This document shows positions 36,461-50,583 of a DNA stretch of 64,000 nucleotides, piece by piece (position 1 is the stretch's first letter; every line of letters starts with the position of its first letter). The notes under the pieces were generated by a model. That model saw nothing but the letters and a program-made list of their open reading frames with translations. It ran no database searches and was not told where the DNA came from. Origin of the DNA: Octopus sinensis (lineage: Eukaryota); NCBI RefSeq assembly GCF_006345805.1, contig NC_043021.1, forward strand, positions 1,550,001 through 1,614,000. Direction: 5' to 3'. A program made the position numbers and the translations under genes.

Positions 36461-36863
36461 CTTCAAGAGGATGCCCCAGCATGGCCACAGTCCAGTGACT
36501 GAAACCAGTAAAAGATGAAAGATGCAATAATATTAACAAACAGAATAATTTGTCGCACTTCTGGCTAAGGTGGGTGGGTGGGGGGTGCGTCAAATACTCC
36601 TTTCTTCGGATCTCCACATGAATGAAGTCGTCGATTGGCAATGGGAAACTCCGAGTAACGTTTAATAACATTATTCCACTTTGATTCAGGGTATTGAGTA
36701 CTTCTTTAATCGCAATTGTAATCAAGTCAGCATCATACTATTTCAAGGCAGTATGTACGCGCGTGTGTGTACGTGTGTGTATGTGGTGTGTATATGTGTG
36801 TGTGTGCATATGTGTATATATGTGTATGTATGTATGTATATATGTGTGTGCGTTGTATACATA

Positions 36864-36915
<52 letters not shown>

Positions 36916-36950
36916 TATGTATGTATGTATATATGAGTTATATATATGTA

Positions 36951-36985
<35 letters not shown>

Positions 36986-37698
36986 TAAGGTATGTAGAAA
37001 AATACAACATGGACAAGAACGTATAACTCATAGAAGACGATACAATAACATGGACAGGACATTCGAACCCCTCAGTCTTCAGTCAAGAACCGGATCATCG
37101 TAGTAATTTCGGATATATATATATATATATATTGTGCAGGCCGGGTATGTGTGTGTGTGTGAAGACGGTCAAGTAGGTGCTGACCTGGAGATGATCTTTT
37201 TTTTGTGAAAACGTTTTCCTGTCAACAAACCGCACCCATCAAGTGGTGCTGATGGCGGCGGTCGGCGGTGGTGGCGGTGGTGGTGGTGGTGGTATTGAGT
37301 GATTTATTGATCTTGGTTATTTAGTAGATAGCTTTTCTTTACACCCCGTTCACTACCACTACCTTCATCGTCCTCCTCCTCCTCTTACTACTACTACTAC
37401 TAATACCACTACCACCATTTCCATTACTAAAAGGCCAGCAATGTAGAGGGGTCGGGTTTTGGCCGATATAAGGCAAAGTTGACCTCGGCAGTATTTGACC
37501 TTAATGGTTTCAAATTTTGCCACAAGACCAGTAGTTTTGAGGGAAGTAGATTACATCGACCCTGAAAAGATGAAAGGCAAAGTCAGATCTCAGTGGAGTT
37601 AGAACTCAGAACGTTAAAACGGAAGAAATACTGCTAGTCATTTCTTCGCCCGACGTGCTAACCATTCGGCCAGATCGCCGCCTTATAAATACAAGCTT

Positions 37699-37771
37699 GG
37701 GTTCCAGTGCGTTTCGAACTCACGACCTTCTGCGTGTAAAGCAGATGTGGTAACCACCACACCGTGCTACC
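37699..37771 (-). pseudogene. Degenerate tRNA-Val(TAC)
   Basis: GGTAGCACGGTGTGGTGGTTACCACATCTGCTTTACACGCAGAAGGTCGTGAGTTCGAAACGCACTGGAACCC (73 nt). The anticodon arm matches metazoan Val-TAC. There are 2 acceptor-stem mismatches and 1 T-stem mismatch. Confidence 0.75.
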
Positions 37772-37995
37772 GCTTGCAATAATCCTTCCTACTGGAGACA
37801 CGAGGCCTCAAATTTGTGGGGAGGGGGACTAGTCGAATACATCGACCCAAGTGTTTCACTACTACTTAATAAATATATCGACTCCGAAAGGACGAAAGGA
37901 TGAAAGGCAAAGTCGACCTCGACAGAATTTGAACTCACAGCGTAGCGGCAAACATTTCGTCCAGCTCGCCGCCTTTTCAATAATAATAATTTAAA

Positions 37996-38313
37996 GACTC
38001 CGCCGGTTACGACGACGAGGGTCCCAGCTGATACGATCAACGGAACAGCTTGCTCGTGAAATTAACGTGCAAATGGCTGAGCATTCCACAGACACGTGTA
38101 CCCTTAACGTAGTTCTCGGGGATAATCAGCGTGACACAGAGTGACAAGGCTGACCCTTTGAAATACAAGTACAACTCATTTTTGCCAGCTGAGTGGACTG
38201 GAGCAACGTGAAATAAAGTGTCTTGCTCAAGGACACACGCGTCGCCGGGAATCGAACTCACAACCATACGATCATGAGCCGAATGCCCTAACCACTAAGC
38301 CACGCGCCCTCAC
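37996..38313 (-). mobile_element. Full-length tRNA-derived SINE (third family)
   Basis: gcgtggcttagtggttagggc..gagttcgattccc..gtccttgagcaagacac. Its 3' half is shared with the 5945-6325 element. Confidence 0.85.
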
Positions 38314-38362
<49 letters not shown>

Positions 38363-38396
38363 TGATGACTATGATGATGTTTTCCCTCTATTTCAG

Positions 38397-38915
38397 GATT
38401 ATGGTCCAAAAGTGAATTTCAAAAAGCAGAAGGTGAAGTGTTCAACATTCACGGGTCTTCCAGGCTTCAGCAAGTTTCTCGTCGACCGTTTCACTTCCAC
38501 ACCAGAGTTGTCCGGTTTCGTTCCCGTTGAGCTTTGCAATCTTGAGTACGAGCCGTCGAGGGGCGCTGCCATCGATGCCCACTTCGACGATTTCTGGATC
38601 TGGGGTGAACGACTGGTGACCGTCAACCTCCTCAGCGACACCTACCTCAGCATGAGCCTGGAGACGAACCCTGGGATCGAGGTTCGCGTTCCGCTGCCGC
38701 GCCGCTCGCTGGTCGTCGTCTACGGCCCGGCACGATACCAATGGAAACACGCCATTCACAGACAAGACATTCAATCACGCCGACTTGCAATGACCTTCCG
38801 GGAACCGACTGTCGAATTCCTGCCAGGGGGACCCCACTCCGATATTGGGGATCAACTTATACGGACAGCCCTTTCTTTCCAAGGAATTTCTGTTGGTGAA
38901 ACTTCAGATCGGTGA
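38397..38915 (+). CDS. ALKBH4: ALKBH4 exon 3 (catalytic domain, terminal)
   Basis: tttcag|DYGPKVNFKKQK...AIDAHFDDFWIWGERL...WKHAIHRQDIQSRRLAMTFRE...ALSFQG..*. Contains the HxD...H iron triad and the RxxxTFR 2OG-binding motif. AATAAA at 38918-38923. Confidence 0.96.
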   Translation, partial: DYGPKVNFKKQKVKCSTFTGLPGFSKFLVDRFTSTPELSGFVPVELCNLEYEPSRGAAIDAHFDDFWIWGERLVTVNLLSDTYLSMSLETNPGIEVRVPLPRRSLVVVYGPARYQWKHAIHRQDIQSRRLAMTFREPTVEFLPGGPHSDIGDQLIRTALSFQGISVGETSDR

Positions 38916-39472
38916 CGAATAAATTATGTTAATACTTTATTAGGTTGTTAAATATTAAAAGATCAAAAGAAGTGTTGTTGTTGTTGTTCTTCTTCTTCCT
39001 CTTGTTGTTGCTGTTGTTGTTGTTGTTATTATTGTCCTTCTTCTTCTTCTTCTTCTTCTTCTTCTTCTTCTTTCTTCTTCTCCTCCCACTCTTTCGTACC
39101 CTCCTCTTCCCTTCCCCTTCGGCTTTTCAATTCTTCTTCTTTCACCCCTCCTCTTTGACCCCTTCCCTTTCCTTCTTCGTCTTCTAAAACTCTTCTTTTC
39201 CTTTTCTTAATCCTCTCCTTACCTTCTTCAATTTTTCTTTTCCCTCTCTTTCTCCTCTTCCTCTTCTTCATGCTTTTTAACATTTTTATCTCCTTCGTAA
39301 ATCTTTCCCAATATTCAGATGCCTTCCAGCCCTCCAGGTCAGTTAACTACAACTTTAATCTTTATGCTCTTCAACGCCGTTGAGTCTTCACCAATGCATC
39401 TAGCTGGAGACAAAATTTTTTGTCAAATTTAGCCTGTATATACGCACACACACACACACATACACACACATA

Positions 39473-39547
<75 letters not shown>

Positions 39548-39552
<5 letters not shown>

Positions 39553-40410
39553 AGTGTACCCAAAAGAAACCGGAATTTTGCAGTGTTGTTTTTTTATCCA
39601 CTCAGTTTTATGTGTTTGCACTTTTATCGTCTTCAGAGTAATTCTCCATTTGGAGCAATGCATCGGTCCACGCGCGTTTTCCACTGTTCGAACTCTCGTG
39701 AAGCGATGCCTTTTAATGCCTCTCGCTATTTTTTTTAATCTTTTCCACATCTGCAAATTCCATGGCACCAGCTTTTTATCACTAGCGATGACCTTCGAAA
39801 AAAGGTCCGGATGACCTTCCATCTGTTTTTTCAGTTCACGATACACATTCAGTTGTGACTGCTTTTTGTCTTCCGTGAGCAAGTGAGGCACAAGTTTTGC
39901 TGCTACTCTTTACCTTCACAATTCCTCGCTCAAAATTCCTTGCCAGGAGCTCCGGGACACACCAGTTCATCAACTGTTCGGTGACGGTCCTACAAGATCA
40001 GTTCATGAATTGTCATAATGTTTGCATTCGTTCAAGAGGTCGAGGGTCGCCCTAGACGACACTGGTCTTCAAGCAGTAAGTGACCATTCCTTAAGCGTGA
40101 AAACCACGGCAGCGTCCTTGTAAACTGTTTGAAGCATGACAACTGCTTCGGCTGCCGTTTTTCCCAGTAGAAAATAGAATTTCTTGGACGCGTGCTGTTC
40201 CTTCGTTTCAGCCATCGCCAAAATCGACGAACAGAGGAGAGACACTGCAAAACAAAGACGCACCATGTGGTTGTATGACCCAACACGAAGACGCCGGTCG
40301 GCAGACTGATACCTGAGGATCGCATTAAGTGGCTTCCAGCGGCGGCAGTCCAGACTACAAAGGGCTTGTCTTACAGAAAACGTTTCCGGTTACCTTTGAA
40401 TACCTCCTGG
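39548..40410 (-). mobile_element. Internally deleted mariner element
   Basis: KEQHASKKFYFLLGKTAAEAVVMLQTVYKD..WFSRLRNG..LEDQ.R.GRPST, VPHLLTEDKK and DLFSKVIASD, with degenerate TIRs. Confidence 0.8.
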
Positions 40411-40582
40411 TATATATATATATACACATACATACACACACAGATACTCAAAAGACCTTTACATACATAAACATGTATGCATATTTACAGACACATGTAT
40501 GTCTTTGTGAGTGTACGTGTATATATTTGTGTATTATCTGAGCATTAGCAAATATTCATGCAAACGTGTATGTGCGTGTGTG

Positions 40583-40622
<40 letters not shown>

Positions 40623-40698
40623 TATGTATATATGTATGTATATATATATATGTATGTATATATATATATATATGTATGTATATATATATATATGTATG

Positions 40699-40731
<33 letters not shown>

Positions 40732-40746
40732 TATATATATATATAT

Positions 40747-40791
<45 letters not shown>

Positions 40792-41303
40792 CATACATAT
40801 ATATAAGTACACACACACACATGTATGCATGCAGATAAATTTACATAGGTACAAAATAACTTCAGCAATAACAGCTTACGAAACCTGCGAACCGTAACAA
40901 GTTACCAGCGAACCATAACCAAACAACTTCGGTAAGCAATTTCTGCAACAAGTGAAACACTCAGATAAACAGGATATGAAACAACCGAACCAAGACAAGA
41001 AGAAGCAAATTTAGAGGATCAGAACGAAAAGTATTGAGGAAGGGTGGCGGAAATAGAACAATCACTGAACCGTCATTTAACCTACAGGAATATTGAAAAC
41101 AATAAAGCGGTACTTATATAACGAACAGCGAAGTCGTTCGGTGAATACGTTTAAACAATGAATTGGCAAATGATACGACAACCACAGTCAACATTCTAGC
41201 AAAACAATGGGAACTGACCAATGAAAACGTTAGCAATAGATCACGTCCTATCCGTAAGAGAAATAAAACAGAGCGAAACAGTGACAAAATAGATAAAAGG
41301 ATA

Positions 41304-41358
<55 letters not shown>

Positions 41359-41624
41359 CACACACACGCAAACATGAAATAAACCAATGATAACCACGCA
41401 GTCTTAGACAAAAGAACAATGTTTATGAAATGAGCACATCGAAAGAAAAATCAGTCCTTGCCTGGAGAGCGTAGAAGCATGAAACTGGTAGTGAGAAAAA
41501 GCCGGTAGATACCCACATAGATATGCACATACGCAAGAACACACACACACACACACACTACGTACACACGTACTATGTACGCGAGCGTATGTGAGTATAT
41601 CTATATATATATATAATAGTATAT

Positions 41625-41655
<31 letters not shown>

Positions 41656-41800
41656 TATTATATATATATTATACAACGGGCTTCTTTCAGTTTCTGTCTG
41701 TCTCCAAATCCACACGGCCCGAGAGTACAGTAGAAGACATTGCCTCAAGATGTAATGGCAGTGAGACTGAACCCGGTACCACACACAGTCACATCTGCGG

Positions 41801-41831
<31 letters not shown>

Positions 41832-41995
41832 TGTATGTATGTATGTATGTATGTACGTACGTACGTATGTATGTATGTATGTATGTATGTATGTAGTCTT
41901 TATTTGTAGATTTTGCCCGTAAACTAAGGTGTATATATGTGTGTGTGGGGCGCTTGCCTGTCTGGGTGCATTCAATATCGTTAATCCCACGTAGT

Positions 41996-42174
41996 CACTT
42001 GCTTAGCTAGGGTGTGTGCCGCCCGGGGAGGCCCTTCCTTTTGTCGCCCCTGTATCCCACAAAAAACACATACTGTCTGCAGAAATAGCCTACAACAGGA
42101 TGGAAAGTGCTGCCACTTCAAAAGTGCCGCCCCGAGTGGGGGACGGCCCCCCCGCAACCCCTGCTACGCCGGTG
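41996..42174. mobile_element. GC-rich hAT-type MITE with an 8-bp TSD
   Basis: Flanked by cacgtagt / cacgtagc. Termini are degenerate forms of CAGTGGCGTAGC...GCTACGCCACTG. Confidence 0.65.
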
Positions 42175-42356
42175 CACGTAGCCAAATCCAAATTGTAGAC
42201 GACCTTGCTATGACTTTTCATGCAAAGCATTTGAAAATTGCAAAAATCAAAACAGGAAACTTAAGGTTAAAACAAAATCCTCAAATACAGAATTTACTCT
42301 CAAATGCCGTGTTCAGTGCTCGGTTTCACTGCTACTGTCGTATATATCCGTAAGTA

Positions 42357-42395
<39 letters not shown>

Positions 42396-42422
42396 TGTGT
42401 GTGTGTGTGTTATGTATGTATG

Positions 42423-42456
<34 letters not shown>

Positions 42457-42468
42457 TGTATGTATGTA

Positions 42469-42499
<31 letters not shown>

Positions 42500-42536
42500 A
42501 TGTATGTATGTATGTATGTGTATGTGTGTATGTATG

Positions 42537-42570
<34 letters not shown>

Positions 42571-42763
42571 CTGAGATATTTTTAAAATACATTCATTCGT
42601 ACAGACATATATTTGTTCATACACGCACACATAGGCTTACTTGTATATACACATATACACATACACCCACCCACACATATGTATATAAATGTGTACATAT
42701 TTCATATATGTGTATATATTTATCTTCATATTTACGGATATACATACATACATATAGACATAT

Positions 42764-42829
<66 letters not shown>

Positions 42830-42951
42830 CTATATATCTCTCTCTCTCCACACACATTCACACTCACACATACACACACATATATATATATATGTTTTAT
42901 ATATATATATAGATATATATATATATTTATAGATATATTTATACACATCTT

Positions 42952-43024
<73 letters not shown>

Positions 43025-44408
43025 CGCACACACACATGTATATGTACGTATGTATATAATATGCCGTTAACAATGGCGGCCATTACTTTTATGTTTCTCT
43101 TCCGTTCCATGTCGTGTTCTAGATTTTATTATCTCGCTTATTATCTTTGTTAGTCTGTTGGTTGTTTTTTAATTCATGGAACATGAAAGAGCCACCATAG
43201 ATGTCTAGATGTTGCCAATAATTAGCTACTATTTTATCATATTAACGGAGAGACGAGAGAAAAAAAAATACAGAAACGAGAAAAATATATCTTCACATGC
43301 GTTCGAATGTATTGCGACGGTGAGCGTTCATACGAGTCTATAAGTGTGAGTGGATGTTTGTAAATGTAGGTGGGTGTTTATGTGTGTAGGCGGGGGCATT
43401 TGAATATGTGTGAGTGTGTATATGCCTGTCTGTCTGTCTATCTGTCTATCTAACCTATATATATTATATATATATATATACACAACCCACAGCACATATC
43501 TATAGAAGCATGTAAATGTCTGAGAATATACCTACGTGTGTATATCTACATTTTCAAGTGAAACTGGTATATTCAGACATCCATATATAGATAATACATG
43601 ATAACGCACTATACACACACATGTATGTATATATATATATATATATTATATATATATATTATATGAATATTACATGTATGTATATATGTATATATATATA
43701 TAATATATTTACATATATGCATATAAATATAATACATACCCATACATTCAAACATACGTATGTCCATATATATCTCTTTCTCACTTCACTTCCACTTTCT
43801 CTCACTATTTGCCTGTCTATCTGTCTCTCTGTCTCTCTCCTCTCTCTCACCCCTCTCTCTCTCTCTCTCATATAATCTATAATATATATATATATATATA
43901 TATATAATATACATCTATGTGTATATATATATATATTGTGTGTGTGTGGGCGCGCCGGGATGCTGGGTTGTGAATGTCTGCTAGAGGAGAAAGAAAAATA
44001 AACCTCTTCCTAATGCCCGAAGGTGCATCATCGCCACCACAACCCACCAGCTACAGCGACTAGTTTTCATCATTATTTTATTTATACTATTTTTACTATC
44101 ATAAAAAAATGTTATAGAAATATATTTCCTGTGTGTGTGTATGTATGTATATATATATAATATAATATATATATATATATATATATACATACATACACAC
44201 CATATATATATACATACACATGTATATATAGATATAGTTAGACAAATATATATATAGTGTATATATATGTATGTACATATATGTAATATATTATATATAA
44301 TATATATATATATATATATAATATATCATATATATATATACATATATATATATACAGATACATATATATCTATACATATATACACACATATATATATATA
44401 TAACCTAC

Positions 44409-44461
<53 letters not shown>

Positions 44462-44882
44462 CATCTATATATATATATACATATATACACATATATATAA
44501 TATAACATACAATATATATATATAATATATAATATATATATATACATACGTACCCACCACACAAATACATGCACACACAACACACCACACACATGTATAT
44601 TGTTTACATTCTAAGCGACTAAATACACTTTGTTTTCATGCCTAAATTACATTTTTCATTTTTTGTTTACTAGATTAAAAATGAAAGCGTGGCATTTTGA
44701 AATTTTCACAAAGAAAGCAAAACCAAATAAACTCTCTCTCAAAATATCAACAGAATATATTTATACACATCAAATAACACCGAAATATTTTTATTTCTAT
44801 CAAATATACTAAATGTTCGCCAGCTGCAAATCCTCCAGGTCTGATCAGTGTCTGGTTTCAAAGAAAATGAGATATAAAGAAT

Positions 44883-44919
<37 letters not shown>

Positions 44920-45719
44920 ATCTATATATATGATTTTCAAGCAAGTTTTTGTTGACAGTAACTGCGAAGTTTCGGCCACTTAAGTCATTGTCGGATTGCG
45001 ATGCACTGAAATTATCTTTGGCTTTATATTTTAGCTCCGTTGAGTTAAAATCTTCTTTGTGTCTGTGTTTGTGTGGAATGGTAAACAGGTTTTTTGGGGG
45101 CAGAAATGGTTAGCACGCCGGGCGAAATATGTAGCCGTATTTCGTCTGCCGTTACGTTCTGAGTTCAAATTCCGCCGAGGTCGACTTTGCCTTTCATCCT
45201 TTCGAGGTCGATAAATTAAGTACCAGTTACGCACTGGGGTTGATATAATCGACTTAATCCGTTTGTCTGTCCTTGTTTGTCCTCTCTGTGTTTAGCCCCT
45301 AAAGGGGAGTAAAGAAATAGGTTTTTTGGGGGGTGGGTGGATTGTTATGGAGAGCTGTCTTGGAGAAATTTTTATTCATTAAATTTGGGATTATATTATT
45401 GTTTAGAGTTTATTCATGTATATCGAACCCACGAGATTAGAACACAAAACACAAACATTAATATGAAAGGTCTGGTTCAGTGGTTAGAGAATCGAACCGG
45501 GCTGTGGGTTGTGTTCTTGAGCAAGACACTTCATTACACGTTGCTCCAGTTCAGTCAGCTGGTAGAAATGAGTTGTGACGTCACTGGTGTCAAGCTGTAT
45601 CGGCCCCTTTGCCTTTCCCTGGGACAACATCGGTGTTGTGGAGAGGGGGAGAATGGTCGACTGCTTGTTGGTTTTCCATAAACAACTTTTTCCGGACTTG
45701 TGTGTCGGAGAGGAACTAG

Positions 45720-45781
<62 letters not shown>

Positions 45782-45985
45782 GCACGCTCACACACAGATG
45801 GTACCAGCTCCTATAGCATGTGTGACCATTTTTACCAGCTGATCATAGTTTTCAGGGGTCCGTATGGTTCAAGTCCACCCGTTCCATCTTTCCATAGGGG
45901 TCTTCTTGGTCATTGAGATAATGGTAGGAGGTCTGCCTCATACTGGTCTCCTGGGGCTGAAACAGCTAAAGTCGTTTTCGTCTAG

Positions 45986-46045
<60 letters not shown>

Positions 46046-46688
46046 ATAGTGTGTGTGTGCTTGTTTCCCACTACCGCTTGAAATAAAATGAAATAAAATG
46101 AAAAAAAAAAAAAAGATAGAAAATTTAAGTTATTGCAATCGAGAATTTTTCGTCCACCGCTTGAGAATACTTAACTGAGGCACAAGATTTCTCAAGTGCC
46201 AGACAAAAAAATTCTTAATTGCAATAAAGAAAAAAAAACTTTCTATTTCATTTTATATTATTTTATGTCATATTTTTCCATTTCATTTCATTTCCTCAGA
46301 AAAATTTGATAAACTTCTGTTTCTGTATATAAATAAATTAAGGAACAATCCCTTCATTTCTTATGACTAACATTAATTTACCAATATACCATTCTACACA
46401 CTACCATAAATGTTTTATTCATTTATAAAGTGCAAACAGACAGACGAGTTATGTTAAGAGTCTTTATTGTGATAGAAACACGTTACAGTCAGGTGAACGT
46501 TATGTGCGACATTCATACGTTTGCGTAGTGTGTTGTGCGACTCTCAACTCATCAGGTTTACCGAATAAGCAAGATAGCGGTGACATGTTCATGGAACACC
46601 TGCAATCAAATGTATGTATGTATGTATGTATGTATGTATGTATGTATGTATGTATGTATGTATGTATGTATGTATGTATGTATGTTTG

Positions 46689-46747
<59 letters not shown>

Positions 46748-47010
46748 GCTGGAACCATGTGTGAGGTCAACTTTGAATGGCCTTCATGTTCCTCAGACTT
46801 GACTAACCCGTATCTTTTCTTTTGGGGATACCTGAGAGAGGGGGGGTTAAACCCCCCCCCCCAAAAAAAAAAGACGAACACTGGTGCAACTGAAGGAAAA
46901 CATCAACAGAGAAATCAGAGAAGTGGGCTCTGAAACTCTTGTGGGTGTTACGGTGCAAGTGTTGGAAAGAGTACGGGCGTGAGAAGCGGAAAACGGGTGC
47001 CATTAAAGTA
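46748..47010 (+). mobile_element. Tc1/mariner (rosa/DD41D-like) C-terminal remnant
   Basis: WPSCSSDLTNPYLFFWGYLR resembles the WPPRSPDLTPxDFFLWGYLK motif. Confidence 0.6.
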
Positions 47011-47011
47011 T

Positions 47012-47042
<31 letters not shown>

Positions 47043-47129
47043 TATATATGGCAATTAAAATTTCATGTTTGCTAGTTTGTGTCTATGTGTTTGAGTGTGC
47101 GGTTTGTATGTTGTGTGTATATATCTGTT

Positions 47130-47186
<57 letters not shown>

Positions 47187-47775
47187 CTTATATATATATA
47201 TATTGTTATATATGTATATATGTATATATGTGTGTGTGTATGTATATCTATGTCTATATATCTATCTCTCTATATGTATATATATAATATAATATATAAA
47301 ATATAATATCTGTATATCTATATCTATATATATATATACACGTTTATGTATATTAACAATGTCTGTATCCTGCAGACACTGAAAAGATGAACGGAAATGT
47401 AATTAACTTTTATACACAATGTAATGTTTATTTGTTTACACACACACACACACAAACAAACACACACACTCCACATAGATGTACACACACAAACTGGGAT
47501 ATATATATATATATATATACATGCTTATACATATCTATCTATCTATCTCCGTGTGAGTGTATGTATGTACGTATGTATGTATATATGCATGTATGTATGT
47601 GTACGATATATATTTGTATTTGTGTATATACACATATATGCATATTATCACTTACATATGCACATAAACATACAGACACACACTCATACACACATGCACA
47701 TATATATTGTGTGTATGTATGTGTGTGTATGTACTTATGTATGTATATATGTGTGGGTGTATGTATGTATCTAGG

Positions 47776-47810
<35 letters not shown>

Positions 47811-48058
47811 CATTTATGTTTTGTATATGTATATATATATATTATATGAGATATATAAATAATATACATATACAAACGTACATTTGTATATATGTATATA
47901 TGTATATATATATATATGCATGTATGTATATATATATCTTCAAGTTAACAGAGTAATTTGAAATTAATTTCATTTTAACCCCAAGGATCAACTAAACCCT
48001 TCTGTTGTTGCGGCTGTCACCACCACCACCACCACCACCATTACTACTACTACTACTA

Positions 48059-48102
<44 letters not shown>

Positions 48103-48309
48103 TGGAAAAGGATAGAATGGAATGAATATCATATATATGTCTAGAAGTTGCTTTATCCGTACTAAAGCCCAACAGCCAACGGTCACTGCAAGAGGTAGCT
48201 TGACCTGCTAAACGTAGTAGCCAGAGCGGCCTTAAATCAAATCCGTCGATGATGGAAAAAGATGTAGTCTGTGATGTTCCTTGAAAAATATACACACACA
48301 TTACATATA

Positions 48310-49078
48310 CAGGGCGTGGTGAATAAGCTGTCGTCTAAATGAATATAACACTGACATCTCATTTTAGCAGATATATTTATCAAAATTACATAAAAATATC
48401 TTGAAATACTAAAGAGTAAATTTATTCAATAAAATCGCCAATTGGCTTCAACTACGGCCTCCAGACTACTTCGGAATCTTCTGCAACTCATCTGGACGGC
48501 CTCCTTGTTTACGTTGGTGAATGCTGCCACAATCCTTGTCTTCAGTTCATCTTTGGTGTTACATGGAGGTTTGTGGGTCCCTCAGTCAACTGCTCATCAC
48601 ACATAATAATCAAGGGGGTTAGGTGACTAGATGTTAGGGGTGACGTGGTCGCAGAAATTGTTTGACAGCCATAACATGTGTAGGATGGGGTACAGTCCTG
48701 TTGCCAGACATCGGGTCTTCCAGCATCCACTCTCTTGATCCAGGACAGCACTACCTCCCCCAGGCACTTGATGTAGGCCTCCGTGTTGAGTCTGAGGCCG
48801 TGTGGGAAGACGAATGGAGGCATAACGTCGCCATCACCATGATGTTGACTGGATGTTTGTGCGTGTCCTCAGATTGCACTCTCTTCAGATTGACACCTGA
48901 CACTCTGAAATGTTTGTATTGGAGCTTCCGGCGTGAATACCAAGCAGTACAGCATGTCATTTCCAAACAGAATGCCCAACTGACCCTACTATACTGCATA
49001 GTTGACAAAATCCAAATCAAACAATGCGCATGCGCTAAATTAAAGATATAAAATGGCTACAATTGACCCATCGCATGT
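48310..49078 (-). mobile_element. Tc1/mariner (maT/DD37D-like) deleted element
   Basis: MPPFVFPHGLRLNTEAYIKCLGEVVLSWIKRV..WQQD. Begins TAcagggcgtgg and ends catgTA. Confidence 0.75.
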
Positions 49079-49275
49079 ATATATATATATAATGTGTGTG
49101 TTTGAGAGATAGGGAGGGAAAGTGAGAGGGAGATAGTAAATTTAGATAAAAACATAGAAATAAGTGCTAAAATCTGTTAAATTTTAAAAAGAATTTAAAA
49201 ATCTAAATCAGTTTCACCCCACCTCCTCACGCCCCCACACAAACATCTCCCACGCCCCCTCCAGTTTCTTCACAC

Positions 49276-49375
49276 NNNNNNNNNNNNNNNNNNNNNNNNN
49301 NNNNNNNNNNNNNNNNNNNNNNNNNNNNNNNNNNNNNNNNNNNNNNNNNNNNNNNNNNNNNNNNNNNNNNNNNNN
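49276..49375. other. Assembly gap (100 N)
   Basis: Run of exactly 100 n, so the true size is unknown. Confidence 0.99.
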
Positions 49376-50548
49376 CCATGCTGGGGCATCACCTTGAGGG
49401 GTTTTAGTCGAACAAATCGACCTCAGAATTTTTTTTAAAGCCTGATATTTATTCTATCGATAACTCCTTTTGCCAAATCGCTAAGTTACGGGGACGTAGA
49501 CACACCAACATCGGTTGTCAAGCGGTGGTGGGGGACAAACACAGATACAAAGACATACATAGGTATATACATGTGTATGTATATATATATAAATATATAT
49601 TTATTTATTATATACGACGGGCTTCTTTCAGTTTCCGTCTACCAACTCCACTCACAAGGCATTGATCGGCTTCAGTCTATAGTAGAAAACACTTGCCCAA
49701 GGTTTCACGCAGCGGGCTTGAACCTGGAACCATTTGGTTGGGAAGCAAGCTTCTTATTTCTTTATTGCTCACAGGGGGCTAAACACAGAGGGGACAAACA
49801 AGGACAGACAAACGGATTAAGTCGATTACAACGACCCCAGTGCATAACTGGTACTTAATCCGTTTGTCTGTCCTTGTTTGTCCCCTCTATGTTTAGCCCC
49901 TTATGGAAAAATCAACCTCAGTGCGCAACTGGTGATTAATTTATCGACCCCGAAAGGATGAAAGGCAAAGTCGACCTCGGCGGAATTTGAATTCAGAACG
50001 TAACGGCAGACTAAATACCGCTAAACATTTCGCCCGGCGTGCTAACGACTCTGCCAACTCGCCGCCTTACCACACAGCCACACCTGGTCAATCGTTTGTC
50101 GTCAATTTAGGACCAATTCCGACGCAAGAAAGGGAGATAATTTCAGGAATAAAAAAATTTTCTAATATTAACATGGCATTCGCGGTTTGGGCGGATGGCC
50201 GTGAATGTTTGGAAACAAGAGGACAACTACTGATACGTTATTTCTGCTACGATAGGCGTTGCAGAAACGAGTAAACAGGCGCAGCAATTGTCCTAAATTA
50301 TCCTCTGCAGACAAATGCACACACACACACACACAAACAGGAAGTATATGAGTGTTTGCATGTATGTGTGCGCGCGCGGCACGAGTGTATATCCATACGT
50401 GCATGTGTGGATGAGCAACTATGCTATAAATAATATTATAACATGATTGCGAAGCTTCATATAAAATTTCCACATATAGGTAGATATACGAGCATATATA
50501 TATATATATACATACACACCACACACACGCACACACACACACACACAC

Positions 50549-50583
<35 letters not shown>

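Larger units (their letters stand above)
40560..47940. repeat. Region dominated by (TA)n, (TATG)n, (CA)n, (GCAC)n and (TCTA)n microsatellites
   Basis: Directly visible. It accounts for the YI/CV/MYVC ORFs. Confidence 0.9.

Noticed and set aside
45797-45985. Unique insert between two (CA)n tracts both preceded by ctagg
   Set aside because: The minus strand resembles a decayed LINE C-terminus (RRPV*GRPPT). It is too short to classify and the flanking match is within microsatellite.
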